From: the human T2T-CHM13v2.0 reference genome, Homo sapiens
Length of the DNA stretch: 64,000 bases
Direction: 5' to 3' (one strand)
Assembly: GCF_009914755.1 (NCBI RefSeq)
Contig: NC_060943.1
The translations under genes and the position numbers were made by a program. How positions within the stretch are numbered: position 1 is the stretch's first letter; every line of letters begins with the position of its first letter. Shown piece after piece: positions 32,749 through 49,583 of this stretch. A model generated the notes under the pieces. It made no database searches. It saw only the letters and a list, made by a program, of their open reading frames with translations, and was not told the DNA's origin.

Positions 32749-34297
32749 ATGGGACAAGGGTCAAGCAGGCACAAGGCTTATTTGAGTCTGCCTCGGCAGC
32801 TCCTCAGAAAAGGAGGAGTGAAAGTTAGCACTAGCTGACTTATGCAGCTTTTTAGTATGGTAGAGAAATATTGCCCCTGGTTTCCGACTGAGGAAATATG
32901 GATGTAGAGGTCTGGGAGGAGGTAGGCAGCGCACTGAAAAAGGCATATAAGGATGGTGCTGAGGATATTCCTATAACTGTCTGGTCAGTGTGGGCTCTGA
33001 TTCATTCCACCTTGGAAGCTTTTCACACTGATGATGAGGAGGAAGGAGACAAAGAAGAGAGGGAGTGTGATAATGTTGCAGAAGAGATAAAAGAACAGAT
33101 CCGTCAACCACTTAAAGAGACCCAAGAAGGGGAAGCTTGTCCCTGCCCCTCAGCACCTCCTCAATACCTTGAAGATAGGGAATGGCCTGACCCTCTGGAT
33201 CTTTCTTTTCTGGAGGACACTGAGCGAAAAGTAGTCTCCCCAGCAACTGTTCGAGCAGCGCCCCGAGTGACCGCCCTCAGTTCTATTCAGGCAGGAATTC
33301 AGCAAGCTAGAAGAGAGGGTAATTTAGAGGCTTGGAAGTTCCCTGTTAGGATACACCCCCCAGATCAACAGGGGAATGTTATGGCTACATTTGAGGCTTT
33401 TCCCTTTAAATTACTGAATGAGTTTAAACAGGCTATCAATCAGTATGGACCACGTTCTCCTTTCGTGATGGGTCTGTCAAAAAATGTTGCTACCTCCAGT
33501 CAGATGATTCCCATTGATGGGACACTCTTACTCGAGCCTGTCTGGCTCCTGCTCAGTTTTTACAGTTTAAGACCTGGTGGCCAGATGAAGCTTCTATTCA
33601 AGCTGCCTGCAGTGCACAAATTCAACCTCCAATTAATGTAACTACTGACCAACTTTTGAGAGTTGGTGGCTGGGCTGCATTAGACGCACAAGTGGTCATG
33701 CAGGATGATGTTATAGATCAGCTTAGAGGAGTGTGCATTAGAGCTTGGGAAAAAAATCTCTTCAGGTGGAGAACAATACCCTTATTTTAGTGCTGTTAAG
33801 CAGGGGCCAAAAGAACCCTATGCAGATTTTATAGCTTGGTTACAGGAGTCTCTTAAAAAGGTGATTGCAGATTCAACTGCTCAGGATATAGTGTTGCAGT
33901 TATTAGCTTTTGACAATGCTAATCCCAAGTGCCAGGCTGCTCTGTGACCTGTTAGAGGGAAAGCACATTTAGTTGATTATATCAAGGCCTGTGACAGTAT
34001 TGGAGGTAATCTGCATAAAGCTACTCTGTTAATGCAAGCCATGGGAGGACTGAGAGTGGGTAAAGGAAATGCTCCATTTCCTGAAGCTTGTTTCAACTGC
34101 AGGAAACATGGGCATACGAGAGAGAATGTAGAAAAAATCAGAGGGTCCAACTACCCATTGATGGAAAAAAGAAAACTGCTGAACCAGGTCTATACCTGAA
34201 GTGTAAAAAAGGAAAGCACTGGGCCAATCAGTGTCATTCTAAATTTGATAAAGACGGAAACCCGATTTCAAGAAACGCCATGAGGGGCCAATCCTGA
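32749..34297 (+). pseudogene. gag: HML-3 gag (frameshifted)
   Basis: MGQ myristoylation start, MA CPWFP, CA/MHR region (KQGPKEPYADF), two decayed CCHC knuckles (CFNC..GH; [12 protein letters not shown]). Confidence 0.88.
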
Positions 34298-34329
34298 GCC
34301 ACATTCCAAACCAGGGCATTCCTGGCTCA

Positions 34330-35205
34330 GACCACTCCCTCACCCCTGTATAATGCTTGTCCCCCGCCACAGCTGGTAGTGCCTCAGTAGATCTGTGTTG
34401 CACCAGGGCTGTGAGTCTCCTGCCTGGAAAGCCACTGCAGAAGGTACCAACAGGAGTCTGCGGACCTCTGCCAGCAGGAATGGTAGGACTACTTCTGGGA
34501 AGATCTAGTTTAAATTTAAAAGGAGTGCAGGTTCATACAGGAGTAATTGATTTGGATTGTAATGGGGAAATTCAAATCGTTATATCTACCTCTGTTCCTT
34601 AAAAGGCAGAACCGGGAGAGCGTATAGGGCAGCTTCTGATTTTACCGTATGTGGGACTAGGAAAAAGTGAAACTAAAAGAACAAGGGGATTTGGCAGTAC
34701 AAATAAACAAGGGAGAGCCACCTACTGGGTAAATCAAATTACTGATAACCATCCTACCTGTGAAATAACTATTCAGGGAAAGAAATTTAAAGGTTTGGTA
34801 GATACAGGAGTGGACATTTCAATCATATCTCTACATCACTGGCCGTCTGCATGGCCAATTCAGCCTGCTCAATTTAACATAGTTGGAGTTGATAAAGCCC
34901 CTGAAGTATATCAAAGTAGTTATACTTTGCATTGTAAAGGGCCCGATGGACAACCTGGGACTATTCAACCAATTATAACTTCTATACCTATAAATTTATG
35001 GGGGCTCTCCCCCCATACATTTATTACAACAATGGGGAGCACAAGTTCTAATTCCTGAGCAATTATACAGCCCTCAAAGTCAACATATGATGCATGAAAT
35101 GGGGTATGTCCATGGTATGGAACTAGGAAAAAATTTGCAAGGTTTGAAGGAATCTCTTCAAGCGGAAAGACAAAGTTCCCGCCAAGACTTAGGATACCAT
35201 TTTTG
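34330..35205 (+). pseudogene. pro: HML-3 pro: dUTPase + aspartic protease + G-patch remnant
   Basis: ATAGSASVDL, GRSS, GVIDLD, GFGST (dUTPase motifs); LVDTGVD active site; MGYVHGMELGK G-patch remnant. Confidence 0.88.
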
Positions 35206-37535
35206 ATGGTAAGCCTGCAGAGCCTATCCTGTTAAAATGGCTGACAGACAGGCCAATATGGATAGAACAGTGGCCGCTGAGTAAAGAGAAACTGGAGGCT
35301 TTAAATGAACTAGTCAAAGAACAGCTTCAAAAGGAACATATAGCTCAAACTCTCTCCCCTTGGAATTCCCCAGTTTTCGTAATTAAGACAAAACCAGGTA
35401 AATGGAGAATGTTAACTGACTTAAGGGCTATTAATTCAGCTATATAACCTATTGGGGCATTACAGCCAGGACTGCCTTCTCCTGCTATGATTCCAAAAAA
35501 TTGGCCTTTAATAGCCATAGATTTAAAAGACTTGTTTCTTTACTATCCCCTTAGCTCAGCAGGACTGTGAACAGTTTGCAATTACGATTCCTGTGGTAAA
35601 CAACTTGCAGCCTGCTAAGCGTTTTAATTGGAAAGTGTTGCACAAGGCATGTTAAACAGTCCAACAATTTGCCAGACTTATGTAGGGCAAGCAATTGAAC
35701 CTACTCATAAAAGATTTTCACAGTGTTACATTATTCATCATATGGATGATATTCTTTGTGCTTCCCCCACTCCGGAAATATTACTCCAATGTTACGGTCA
35801 CTTGGAAAATTCAATTTCTCATGCCAGTTTAATTATAGCTCCTGACGTAATTCAGACTACTACTCCTTACGTCTACTTGGGGGCCTTAGTAAATGTCACC
35901 ACAATAGTGCCACAGAAAGTAGCCATATGTAGGATCAATAGAAAACATTGAATCAGACTTTCAAAATTTACTAGGGTATATTAATTGGATACCGCCTGCT
36001 CTAGGCATTCTGACTTATGCCATGAGTACTCTGTTTTCTATCTTTAGAGGAGATCCTAGTGTCACAAGCCCTTGGCAATTAACAAAAGAAGCTGAGGCAG
36101 AGCTGCAGCTAATTGAAAAGCAAGTCCATAAGGCCCAAATAAATAGAATAGATCTAGAGAATACTCTAGATTTGCTCATTTTTCCAACTCAGCATTCACC
36201 TACTGGTGTTATTGTTCAAGAGCGAGATCTTGTGGCGTAGCTTTTCCTTCCATATACTAATTCACGGACTTTGACTCCTTATTTGGATCGAATTGCTACT
36301 ATGATAGGAAATGGGAGAACTCGGATTGTTAAATTACATGGATATGATCCTGGAAAAATTATTATCCCTCTCACAAAGACACAAATACAGCAAGCTTTTA
36401 TAAATAGTCTTACTTGTTAAACCCATTTAGCTGACTTTGTGGGTATTCTCAATAACCATTTTCCTAACATGAAACTGTTTCAATTTTTGAAATTAACTAA
36501 TTGGATTCTCCCTAAAATGACTAAATCAAACCAATTGAAGGTACTGAGAATGTCTTCGCAGATGGGTCTAGTAATGGTAAAGCCTCTTATTCTGGATTGA
36601 AAGGTAAAGTTTTTCAGACGCCCTATACTTCAGCTCAAAAAGCGGAGCTTGAGGCTGTAATTGAGGCATTGACTGCTTTTAATATGCCTATTAATATGAT
36701 TTCTGATTCTTCATATGTGGTTCTACACAGTTAGTTGAAAATGCTCAGCTACAATTCCACACATATGAGCAACTGATGACTTTATTTACCCAATTGCAAA
36801 CAGCAGTTAGGAGTAGAATGCACCCTTTTTACATCACTCACATTAGGGCTCATACACCTCTTCCAGGACCTTTGACTGTAGGGAATCAAATGGCTGATCA
36901 CCTAGTTGCTACTGCAATATCTAATGCTAGACAATTCCACAATTTAACACACGTTAATGTCTCTGGTCTCAGACACAGATACAGCATTACCTGGAAAGAA
37001 GCTAAAGCTATTAACCAGCGATGCCCAACTTGCCAAATGATTCCTTGAGGATTGGAACCTAATTCTCTTTGGCAAATGGATGTCACACATGTTCCCTCGT
37101 TTGGGAGACTAGCTTATGTACATGTATGTGTAGACACCTTTTCTCACTTTGTCTGGGCTACATGCCAATCAGGAGAGTCTTCTGCCTGTGTTAAACATCA
37201 CCTTTTGCAGTGTTTTGTGGTGATGGGCATTCCAGCTTCTATTAAAACAGATAATGCCCCAAGCTATACTAGCCAAGCTCTAGCTACATTTTTCTCTATA
37301 TGGAATATTGAAGACATTACTGGTATCCCATATAATTCTTAAGGACAAGCTATAGTGGAAAGAATGAATCTCTCCCTAAAACAGCAGTTGCAAAAACAGA
37401 AAGGGGGAGACAGTGACTATAGGACTCCACACATGCAACTAAATCTAGCATTATTAACTTTAAATTTTTTGAGCCTGCCTAAAGGCCGATTGTTATCAGC
37501 AGCTGAAAAACATTTACAGAAGACAGCTGCAAAGG

Positions 37536-38346
37536 CAGAAGTGGAACAATGGGTTTGGTGGAAAGGACCCAATAACAAAAGATTGGGAAACAGGTAAAAT
37601 AATAACATGGGGCAGAGGTTATGCTTGTGTTTCTAAAGGACTGAATCAACAGCCAATTTGGGTGCCATTGAGACATCTAAAGCCCTACTATGTTGGGGTG
37701 ATCAGACTGAACACTAGGCCATGGGGGCTACGAAGTATGGCAGAGTCAAAGGAATGAGACAAGTTAAGAGTTCATAGGGTGGGTCCAGGGGGCCAACACT
37801 AGTATGGAGGCTGCGAAGTCCCTGAGCTCTGGGAGCCCACACTATTTATTGGTGATCAAAGAAGCAGGTGGTGAGGACGTGTGGACATGGGGGTAGACAG
37901 GTGAGGATGTGGGGGTAGAAAGGTAGCTGTGATGGTTTAGCATATGCTCTGCTACTTGAGATAATGGAGAATAGGTTCTTCTAACTCAAGATACAATCAA
38001 TTTATGAGCCACAAGGGGTTTTATGCCCTGGGCTTAGACTGTAGTGCAGCGGGGCAGCCTTCCATCCTTAGGCACAGAGCTTGGTGTTCCATAGGCCACA
38101 AGGGGTTTTAGACCCGGGACCCAGGACATGTTCCAAGACTCTTTTACATTATGTCAGACAAGCAGGCCCTGCCTCAGCCCTTCTACCGACACAGAAAGTG
38201 GAACAACGGGTTTGGTGGAAAGACCCGATAACAAAAGGTTGTGAAACAGGTAAAATAATAACATGGGGCAGAGGTTATGCTTGTGTTTCTCCAGGACAGA
38301 ATCAACAGCCAATTTGGGTGCCATCGAGATATCTAAAGCCCTACTA
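37536..38346 (+). repeat. 155-bp direct repeat flanking the nested LTR (37536-37690 and 38192-38346)
   Basis: Both copies read CAGAA(A)GTGGAACAA...CTAAAGCCCTACTA, with 11 differences by manual alignment. Confidence 0.92.
37691..38191 (-). mobile_element. Solo HERV-K LTR of LTR14 type (probably LTR14B/HML-1), antisense, nested in the HML-3 integrase
   Basis: Minus strand TGTCGGTAGAAGGGCTGAGGCAGGGC...AATAAA...TGATCACCCCAACA; unrelated to MER9; resembles the LTR14A/B consensus from memory. Confidence 0.8.
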
Positions 38347-38399
38347 TGAGCCAGATAACGAGGAAGAGGTTTTGGGAGGATCCCAAACACCCACTGGTG

Positions 38400-40315
38400 G
38401 CAGCATTGTCCAAGTTGATGCTGAGGATGACCCCCAACTGTCACGAGCAACACTCATCGAAAGCAGCCACCTACCTGGGGACAGATCAAGAAGCTGTCAC
38501 AGATGGTGGAAGAAAACCTGAGGAAAGCAGGACAAGCAGTCACAGTGAGTAATTTTATGACAGCGGTGATCACCATTGCCATGAGTATTCCTTCAGCAAG
38601 GACTGACAAAAAGAGCAATTATACTCATTGGGCATATTTACCTTTTCCACCACTTCTATGGCCTGTAACTTGGCTGGACCCCCCAGTGGAGGTATACACT
38701 AATAATAGCTCTTGGATGCCTGGTCCTACAGATGATAGAGGCCCATCTCACCCACACAGGGAAGGAACTGTTATGAGTATTTCTTTAGGATTTAAGCATC
38801 CGCCCATCTGTTTGGGAAAGGCCACTAGTTGCCCACCCCCTCAGTATCAATCTTGGCTGGCAATAATGCCTGGACGTAATCACTCTATGGCAGTTACACA
38901 TGCTTTCTGGTGTCAGTATTTACCATAATGAATCTGCTCCTCTAATTGAGGCATACCGCCCTCAAAAACCTATTTGTAAACAGGATTGGACCCGGTCAGA
39001 AAAAATGAATGTACTCATTTGGGAAGATTGCATTGCAGGACAGGCAGAGGTGCTGCATGATTCCTATGGAATCATTATTGATTGGTCCCCTAAGGGGATG
39101 TTTAGCATGAATTGCACCTCTGTCTGCATGTGATGGCCACACTATGTTCAGCTGGTCTGAATAAAACGATCAGATGGTAAAAATGATAAGAAGTACCGCA
39201 AGAGTTCCTATTATCTGGAAACATGACGGTATAGTGGCACCTCAACCTCAAATGATATGGCCCGCTGTAGGAGCTAAACATAAGGATTTGTGGAAACTAT
39301 TAATAGCTTTTGATAAGATCAAGATTTGGGAAGGAAAATATACTATGCCATCACAATATAATCCTAATTACATTTTAGAACTTGTTGAAAATAATACAAT
39401 TTGGATACAAAGTTGTGTTCACCCTCCTTTTGTTGGTAATGGGCGATCTAAAGTTTGACACCCCTAATTATCATGTAACTTGCCAGGAAGGTAGATTGTC
39501 CTCTTGTGTGAACTCTTCCTTGTTTAATACTAATCATTCTATACTAGCAGTGAGAGCTCAAGAAGGAGTTGGTTACCGGCGAAGCTTTCCCATCCTTGGG
39601 AACCCTCTCCCTCTGTACATATTATTACTAAATTCTTCAGAAAATTCTAAGAAGTTCTCAGTGTTTCATTGCTACTTTAATCTTGATTATTATGGGACTG
39701 ATTGCTGTCACAGCTACTGCTGCAGTAGCTGGAGTGGCACTACATTCATCAGTGCAGACAGCAGATTTTGTAAATAATGGCAAAAGAATTCTACTCTGCT
39801 GTGGAACTCTCAAACTAAAATAGACCAAAAGATAGTTAATCAAATCAATGATCTCCAACCAACTGTAATGTGGGTGGGAGATCAAGTAGCTAGTTTGGAA
39901 TATGGAATGCAGCTGAAATGCGACTGGAATACTTCTGACTTTTGTATCACTCCTCACCCTTATAATGAATTAGACCATGAATGGGAAAGAATAAAAAAAA
40001 GTATCTGGAAGGACACTCTACAAACTTGTCTTCGGATGTTGCAAAATTAAGAGAACAAATATTTCAAGCATCCCAGGCACACCTGACCTTAATGCCAGGA
40101 ACTGGAGTGCTTGAAGGAGTTGCAGATGGATTGGCAGCCATAAATCCTATGAAATGCATAAAAACACTTGGAGGCTCTGTGATTTCTATGATGGTTGTGC
40201 TATTAATCTGTGTTGTTTGTCTTTGTGTAGTCTGCAGATGCGGATCCTGACTCCTGCAAGAAGTAGCTCACTGTGATAAAGCCGCCTTTGCTTTTATTGC
40301 CCTGGTAAAACAAAA
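38400..40315 (+). pseudogene. env: HML-3 env (disrupted)
   Basis: [38 protein letters not shown] fusion region, [14 protein letters not shown] loop, hydrophobic TM VVLLICVVCLCVV. Confidence 0.88.
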
Positions 40316-40324
40316 AGGGGGACA

Positions 40325-40803
40325 TGCTGGGAATAGGCCCCAAGCCTGGCCATAAACAAGCCATAAGAAAAGTCATAAACAAGATCTCTGCAGCACTGTG
40401 ACATGCTCGTGATGGTTATGATGCACACACTGGAGGTTGCTGGTTCACCAGAATGAGGGCAAGGAACACCTGGCCCACCCAGGGCGGAAAACTGCTCAAG
40501 GTGTTCCTAAACCACAAACAATGGCATAAGCAATCTGTGCCTTAATGACATGCTCCTGCTGCAGATAACAAGCCAGAGCCTGTCCCTTTGTTCTCCTTAA
40601 AGAATACTTTCAGTTAATCTACAAACTACAGAAACGATGTTTATCACAGGCTGTCAATAAATAGGTGGGTCAAACTCTGTTCAAGGCTCTCAGCTCTGAA
40701 GGCTGTTAGCCCCCTGATCCCACTTTGCACTCTATTTCTGTCTATGTCTTTATTCCTCTAGTGCTGCTGGATTGTGGTCTCCATGACCGACCTGGTCTTG
40801 GCA
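40325..40803 (+). repeat. 3' LTR (MER9)
   Basis: TGCTGGGAATAGGCCCC...CTTGGCA, roughly 10-13% diverged from the 5' LTR (by eye). Confidence 0.93.
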
Positions 40804-43079
40804 AATATTACATGCCAATGTTAATAATATTTTTAAAAAATCTTTACACTATAGGTATATAAAATATTCTAGCAAAAAAAAAAGTTAATCCATTATACTC
40901 AAATTGCATTTTTCTGGAATTACAAAGATAATATAACATTGGAATGTCAATCAGTTATCTTTCCACATTTTAAAAAAACTTTTATTTACTTACACATTTA
41001 AATATTAGGTATCTATCAAGGGCAAGTACAGTCAGTCCTAGGTACCTGAATTTTCTGAGTAAGGCAAGATCATCAAAGAGGAATCAGGGAAAAGCATTCA
41101 ATAAATTCTTAAGCCATTCATGGGAAAGATTCCCTAAGCAATGAAAAGTAGAAAAAAACCTTGACCTTTTAAAAATCTACAGCAACCAATACAGTGATTA
41201 GTAATGATGGAAAACATCTGCCATTAGGATTAGAAATAAAAGTATGCTTGTTTTACTACTTCTAGTTATTATTCTAGTATTTTCTGCCTAGACAAGACAT
41301 AAATGACTGAAGGTTACAAGTTAAGTCAGTTACAGATAATATGAAATGTGGAAAACCCAAAATACATAAAACTAGGATGTTAAAGAATGTTGAACAAGGC
41401 TTCTAGTAAAATTCAGTATACAAAGATCAAGTGATTTTATATAAACAATCAGAAATCAGCTTCTAAAAAAAATAAAAAAGGAAATCAGCTTCTGAAGCTA
41501 GGCAATTTCTAGGCTGTGAGACTAGGGTATCATTTCTTAGTGATACATCACTATTAGTCCAAGCACCAGGATGAGGCCAACCTACAGTATTGACCTCACC
41601 TGTGACCCACAAGTGCTCATACTCCAACAACTGTGAAAAAGTTTCAGGAATAACCTATAGGTTTTATTTGAGACAATCAGGATGGCATCTAAGGACAGTC
41701 TGTGAGGTGACAGAAGTCACACAAGGCAATTAAGACTAATCTGCGTCTTTTGTGTCACTGGTAACAGTTAAACGCAACAAAGATGGGTTAAAATAATCAC
41801 ACTCATACCACAAGAGAACCACTCTGAAACCCTTTCCTCTCCATAAGAAAACATGTAACATGAAAATGCATGGACCTCAATTCAGTTTTTTTGGTTTTGT
41901 TTTGTTTTTGAGACAAGGCCTCTGTCACCCAGGTTGGAGTCCAATGGCACGATCTGAGCTCACTGCAGCCATGACCTCCCTGGGGTCAGTGAGACACCTA
42001 TCTCAGCCTCCTGAGTAGGTTGGACTACAGGCACGTGCCATCACACCAGGCTAATCTTTATATTTTTTGTAGAGATAGGGTTTTGCCATGTTGCCCGGGC
42101 TGGTCTTGAACTCCTGAGCCCAAGTGATCCGCCTGACTTGGCCTCCCGAAGTGCTGGGATTACAGGCATAAGCTATTACACCCAGCTGATTCAGGATTGG
42201 TAAACTTACCTGAAGCTTTGGATTACCATTACACTGGCTGGATTAAGAACCACAGAAAGAATCACCAAGAAACAACAGCCTTAATTGCTGTACATGATAT
42301 AACAGAAATATTTAAATTTGTACCACTCAGACTGGAACCTGGTTATGCAGCTTGTGCGTGTGTGTGTATTCCAGGGCCATGTTCAGGAAGTGCTAGTGAT
42401 GGTGTCAAGCACAGCAGAATATCATGATCATCCATGTTCACAGGAGTTTTTCTGTTTTCATAGCACATGGGCAAAATGAAACCCCAGAAATAGGTCATAC
42501 TGCCAATCATAGCAGTTAACTGAGTCAGGCATATATGACTGCTTTGCCAAACAGTGGCATCAAAGACAACATTCGTGGTTCCCACCACCTCTCTGCACTG
42601 CCTGATAGTACAAGAGTTCCCACCTCTCCAGGTGAAGGGTTATGGGTGTCCCTCCACGGCCATGAAATCACGGTATCTTAAGTTACTATCTGTTAGTGCA
42701 CCCTTTCTCCACTCAGACCCTTCTTCAACCCTGACCATTTATCTGAAAAGATCAGGTTTGAAAAGAGGAACAAGAGTATTTTTACATTTTAAAGCTGTAT
42801 TATAACTTTTACCTTGGCCAGTGTGAGCCACTACAGGTGGACCATGTCTAAAAATATGACAAACCAAAAAGAGAATCTACACTGTTAAAACAGGATTGTC
42901 TGAATCCTGAAGGCCCACTTTAGGTCAGTTGTAACCCAGAGGATGTATAGCAACTAGAGTGGTGTTGCTATAGGAGAAAGACATACCATGCCAGGAATGA
43001 GCAGCGGGGTGTAAGAAACTTCCAAAATAGTTCTATAGAACCACCCAGAAAGCCAGGCTTTGACAGGTTTCAGAGAAGC

Positions 43080-46539
<3,460 letters not shown>

Positions 46540-46926
46540 CTGTTAACACAGGAATGAACAATAAAGGAAGCATTTTAGCAGACTTATTAATAGATACCAC
46601 TCTTCTAAGAAACATGATAATTATTATTTTTGCCACTTTTATAACATGCATATAGTTTCTACCTTTTGGATTTCCTTCAACTTGAATAATGGAACCCTAC
46701 TGTAAGAATCCTATGTCATCTGCTCTAATCTTGGCAAGATTCCTGTAGCTTTTCATGAAGTTATTTTAAAAACTCAAATGTCTAGTTATACATGTTGGAA
46801 TGAACATTCATGGGAAGTCTTAAGTACCAAGCTTCACACAAGGTATGGGATCTCTCTCCAGATATTTCTCCCCTTGGGTGAATTGGGTGAATGCCACTTC
46901 TCTCAAATATCTATCATTTCTGCTGA

Positions 46927-47213
<287 letters not shown>

Positions 47214-47309
47214 TGAGCCACCGTGCCTGGCCATTTCTGCTGATTTCTATAATGCAATACCAGTCTTCTCTGAATGTGAAAAATAAGAAAGTTCTTTTGT
47301 TAATCTTAC

Positions 47310-47392
47310 CAACTGTATCCCATTTAATGTTTTTAAACAAAAATTATCTTGCCAAAGGGCTGGCCCTTTGGTTTTCAGGCACATTTTCCATT
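47310..47392 (-). CDS. ZNF560: ZNF560 post-KRAB exon, module 2 (EWKMCLKTKGPALWQDNFCLKTLNGIQL)
   Basis: tttcag|AATGG acceptor, TTG|gtaag donor, 83 nt, keeps frame. Confidence 0.9.
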
Positions 47393-47834
47393 CTGAAATA
47401 AAAGAGAAAAATATACATGAGAGTTTACACATGAAATGGTAGGTTAAATAAAAAGCAGATAGATTTGAACAATTTATATATGTCTAAAATTTGGCAATCA
47501 TATGGGGTCAAGTTTTAGTAATTTTTAAAACAACTTATTCTATGAAAATTAAACATGATGGTTAACAGAAGCAATACTACCAGGGAAGGAAAAGTCGGAA
47601 AAATTGGAACAAAAGCATACAATAAATCCATAAACATAAAGAAGGTCATTTGTTAGGTAATAGGGAAGTCTGGATAGATGCAAAGCAATGGAGGATGAAA
47701 AGTTAAGATATCCCAAAACATCCAAGTCCAGTGGACAGCCTTCTGATTCAAAGGGCATCTTATAAAACTTCATTGTGCTTCCAAACGTACTGAGAACTTC
47801 TCATGGACCAGGGTTGTTCTTCACAAACACTCAC

Positions 47835-47915
47835 CTTGGAGAACTCTTGGCAGTGTGCTCAACTCTTCCTCTTCCTCCAGCCAAGAGATCAGACTGGGTT
47901 TGAAGAGCTGGTAAC
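47835..47915 (-). CDS. ZNF560: ZNF560 KRAB-B exon, module 2 (GYQLFKPSLISWLEEEEELSTLPRVLQ)
   Basis: tacag|GTTACC acceptor, CAAG|gtgag donor, 81 nt, KP-x-LISWLE KRAB-B motif. Confidence 0.92.
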
Positions 47916-48483
47916 CTGTACACAGGGAAAGATACACCAATGGAAGAGGCTCATGCAAGAAATGGCAAACTTTTCCATGAAACAGGGACTACGTTTCTAA
48001 TTAAAGCAGTGAAAAGCACTTAAATTGCATATATCCCATCTTTCTGTTCTCTGAAGACACTGGTTATCTCTGACCTCTGAAATTCACATTCAAGCTTAAC
48101 TCATTTCCTGTTTGCCCCAAGAAACAAGCACTAGCAGTGAGCTGCACTTTTTCTTTCTAAATGGCAAATGTTAAATACAAATTCTAAAAACCACTAAAAC
48201 CTTTATTAAAATAGAAACTAATGGAAGCTCAAAGAGAGATCTTGATTCTCCTGGGAAAACTCCCATTCCAGTAGTTCTGAACTTTAGAGTGAATTACTCA
48301 TCTGAATACAGGGCCCCAACAGCAGACTTTTTGATTTAGTACATCGAGTCTGAGAATGTACACATATCTAAGACAGTGATGGTGATGCTACTGATGCAAA
48401 CTACCATACAAGATTAAAACCCATTAGTACAGGAACTGTCTCTGTTATTTCCTATTTTACTCATTAAAAAAAATTTTTTTTCA

Positions 48484-48723
<240 letters not shown>

Positions 48724-49500
48724 CTAAACCATCAGACACATGCTGATTTGAGCCAAGCAACATCTCCACCAATGTTGGCTGAAGAATGAGGAAGGGGGAC
48801 CCAATCCCTGTACAGGGTACTGAGTGCTCCCACTATCTACACCCCAAGGTTCAGTGGCCCTAGGAACTCTTCTATCCACATTCACTCACTGTCAATTTCC
48901 TCCAATAACATGGCTGTAACAGAACCTCTTACACAGAAACTTATCAACCACAACTAGACCGGGAGCTCATCTCATTTGATTCCTCTCTACTGCAATACAC
49001 TCCTGAGCACATAACAAATACTTGATAAATGAGGATATGGATAAATTCCTTAAGAAAAGAACACTTTCATACCCCTTACCATCTGTCCTAGCACCCAGAA
49101 AAATAAATATGCAGTTGGCACCAGGAAAATGAACACTAATTCATAAATACAAAAATACTGAGATAATTTCCAGGGTAATTCCTCACCAATATGAGAGGTA
49201 TGACTTTCTGGGAAAAATTCAACTAGGGTCTATATTTGCTTTAAGGAAGAATACAGACAGGAGTACCTACAAGAAAATGAGTCTTTGTTGATATCATTAC
49301 TCCAATTTTAGAAGGATACAACTTTCACACTAAGTTTAGATCTCCCCAAATTCATCATTATCAGAGCATCTCTCCAGAGACATTGCTCCCTCTTGAGTGA
49401 ATGCTATTCCTCTCAATTATCTTTTGTGCTTATTTTCTATATTGGAAGTCCCAATATTCTCTGAGTGTGAAAAATAAGAAATACCCTTTCTTAACATTAC

Positions 49501-49583
49501 CATTTGTATCCCATTAGAAGTTTGTATTTTCCAAAACTCCTGCTGCAGTGCTGAAACACTGGTTTGATGTTTTATTGCCCAGT
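49501..49583 (-). CDS. ZNF560: ZNF560 post-KRAB exon, module 1 (DWAIKHQTSVSALQQEFWKIQTSNGIQM)
   Basis: tttcag|ACTGG acceptor, ATG|gtaat donor, 83 nt, paralogous to 47310-47392. Confidence 0.9.

Larger units (their letters stand above)
35206..38360 (+). pseudogene. pol: HML-3 pol (RT-RNaseH-IN), disrupted and interrupted by a nested LTR
   Basis: [24 protein letters not shown] (YMDD mutated), DGSSNG, HIRAH, HHCC zinc motif, WQMD/KTDN/VER integrase triad, [10 protein letters not shown]-terminus. Confidence 0.9.
32110..40803 (+). mobile_element. HERV-K(HML-3) (HERVK9-int/MER9) provirus, near full length, all genes disrupted
   Basis: Two TG...CA LTRs, Lys PBS, gag-dut/pro-pol-env betaretroviral remnants, PPT aaaaggggga before the 3' LTR, 5-bp TSD AATAT (32105-32109 / 40804-40808). 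Confidence 0.93.
31540..41460 (+). mobile_element. Old L1M ORF2 remnant that hosts the HML-3 provirus (31540-32109 and 40804-41460)
   Basis: Joined flanks read aagaaaagaatattacatgccaat, like L1 ORF2 AAGAAAACTACAGACCAAT; A-rich L1-like sequence on both sides. Confidence 0.6.

Noticed and set aside
32898-33641. 247-aa Gag ORF as a possible domesticated capsid gene
   Set aside because: It is disconnected from the MGQ start by frameshift and stop, has no in-frame upstream ATG at the listed start (GTG/ATG context offset), and drifts out of frame within CA. Consistent with neutral decay.
38503-40250. Env as a syncytin-like co-opted gene
   Set aside because: Broken into at least five short ORFs with stops and frameshifts.
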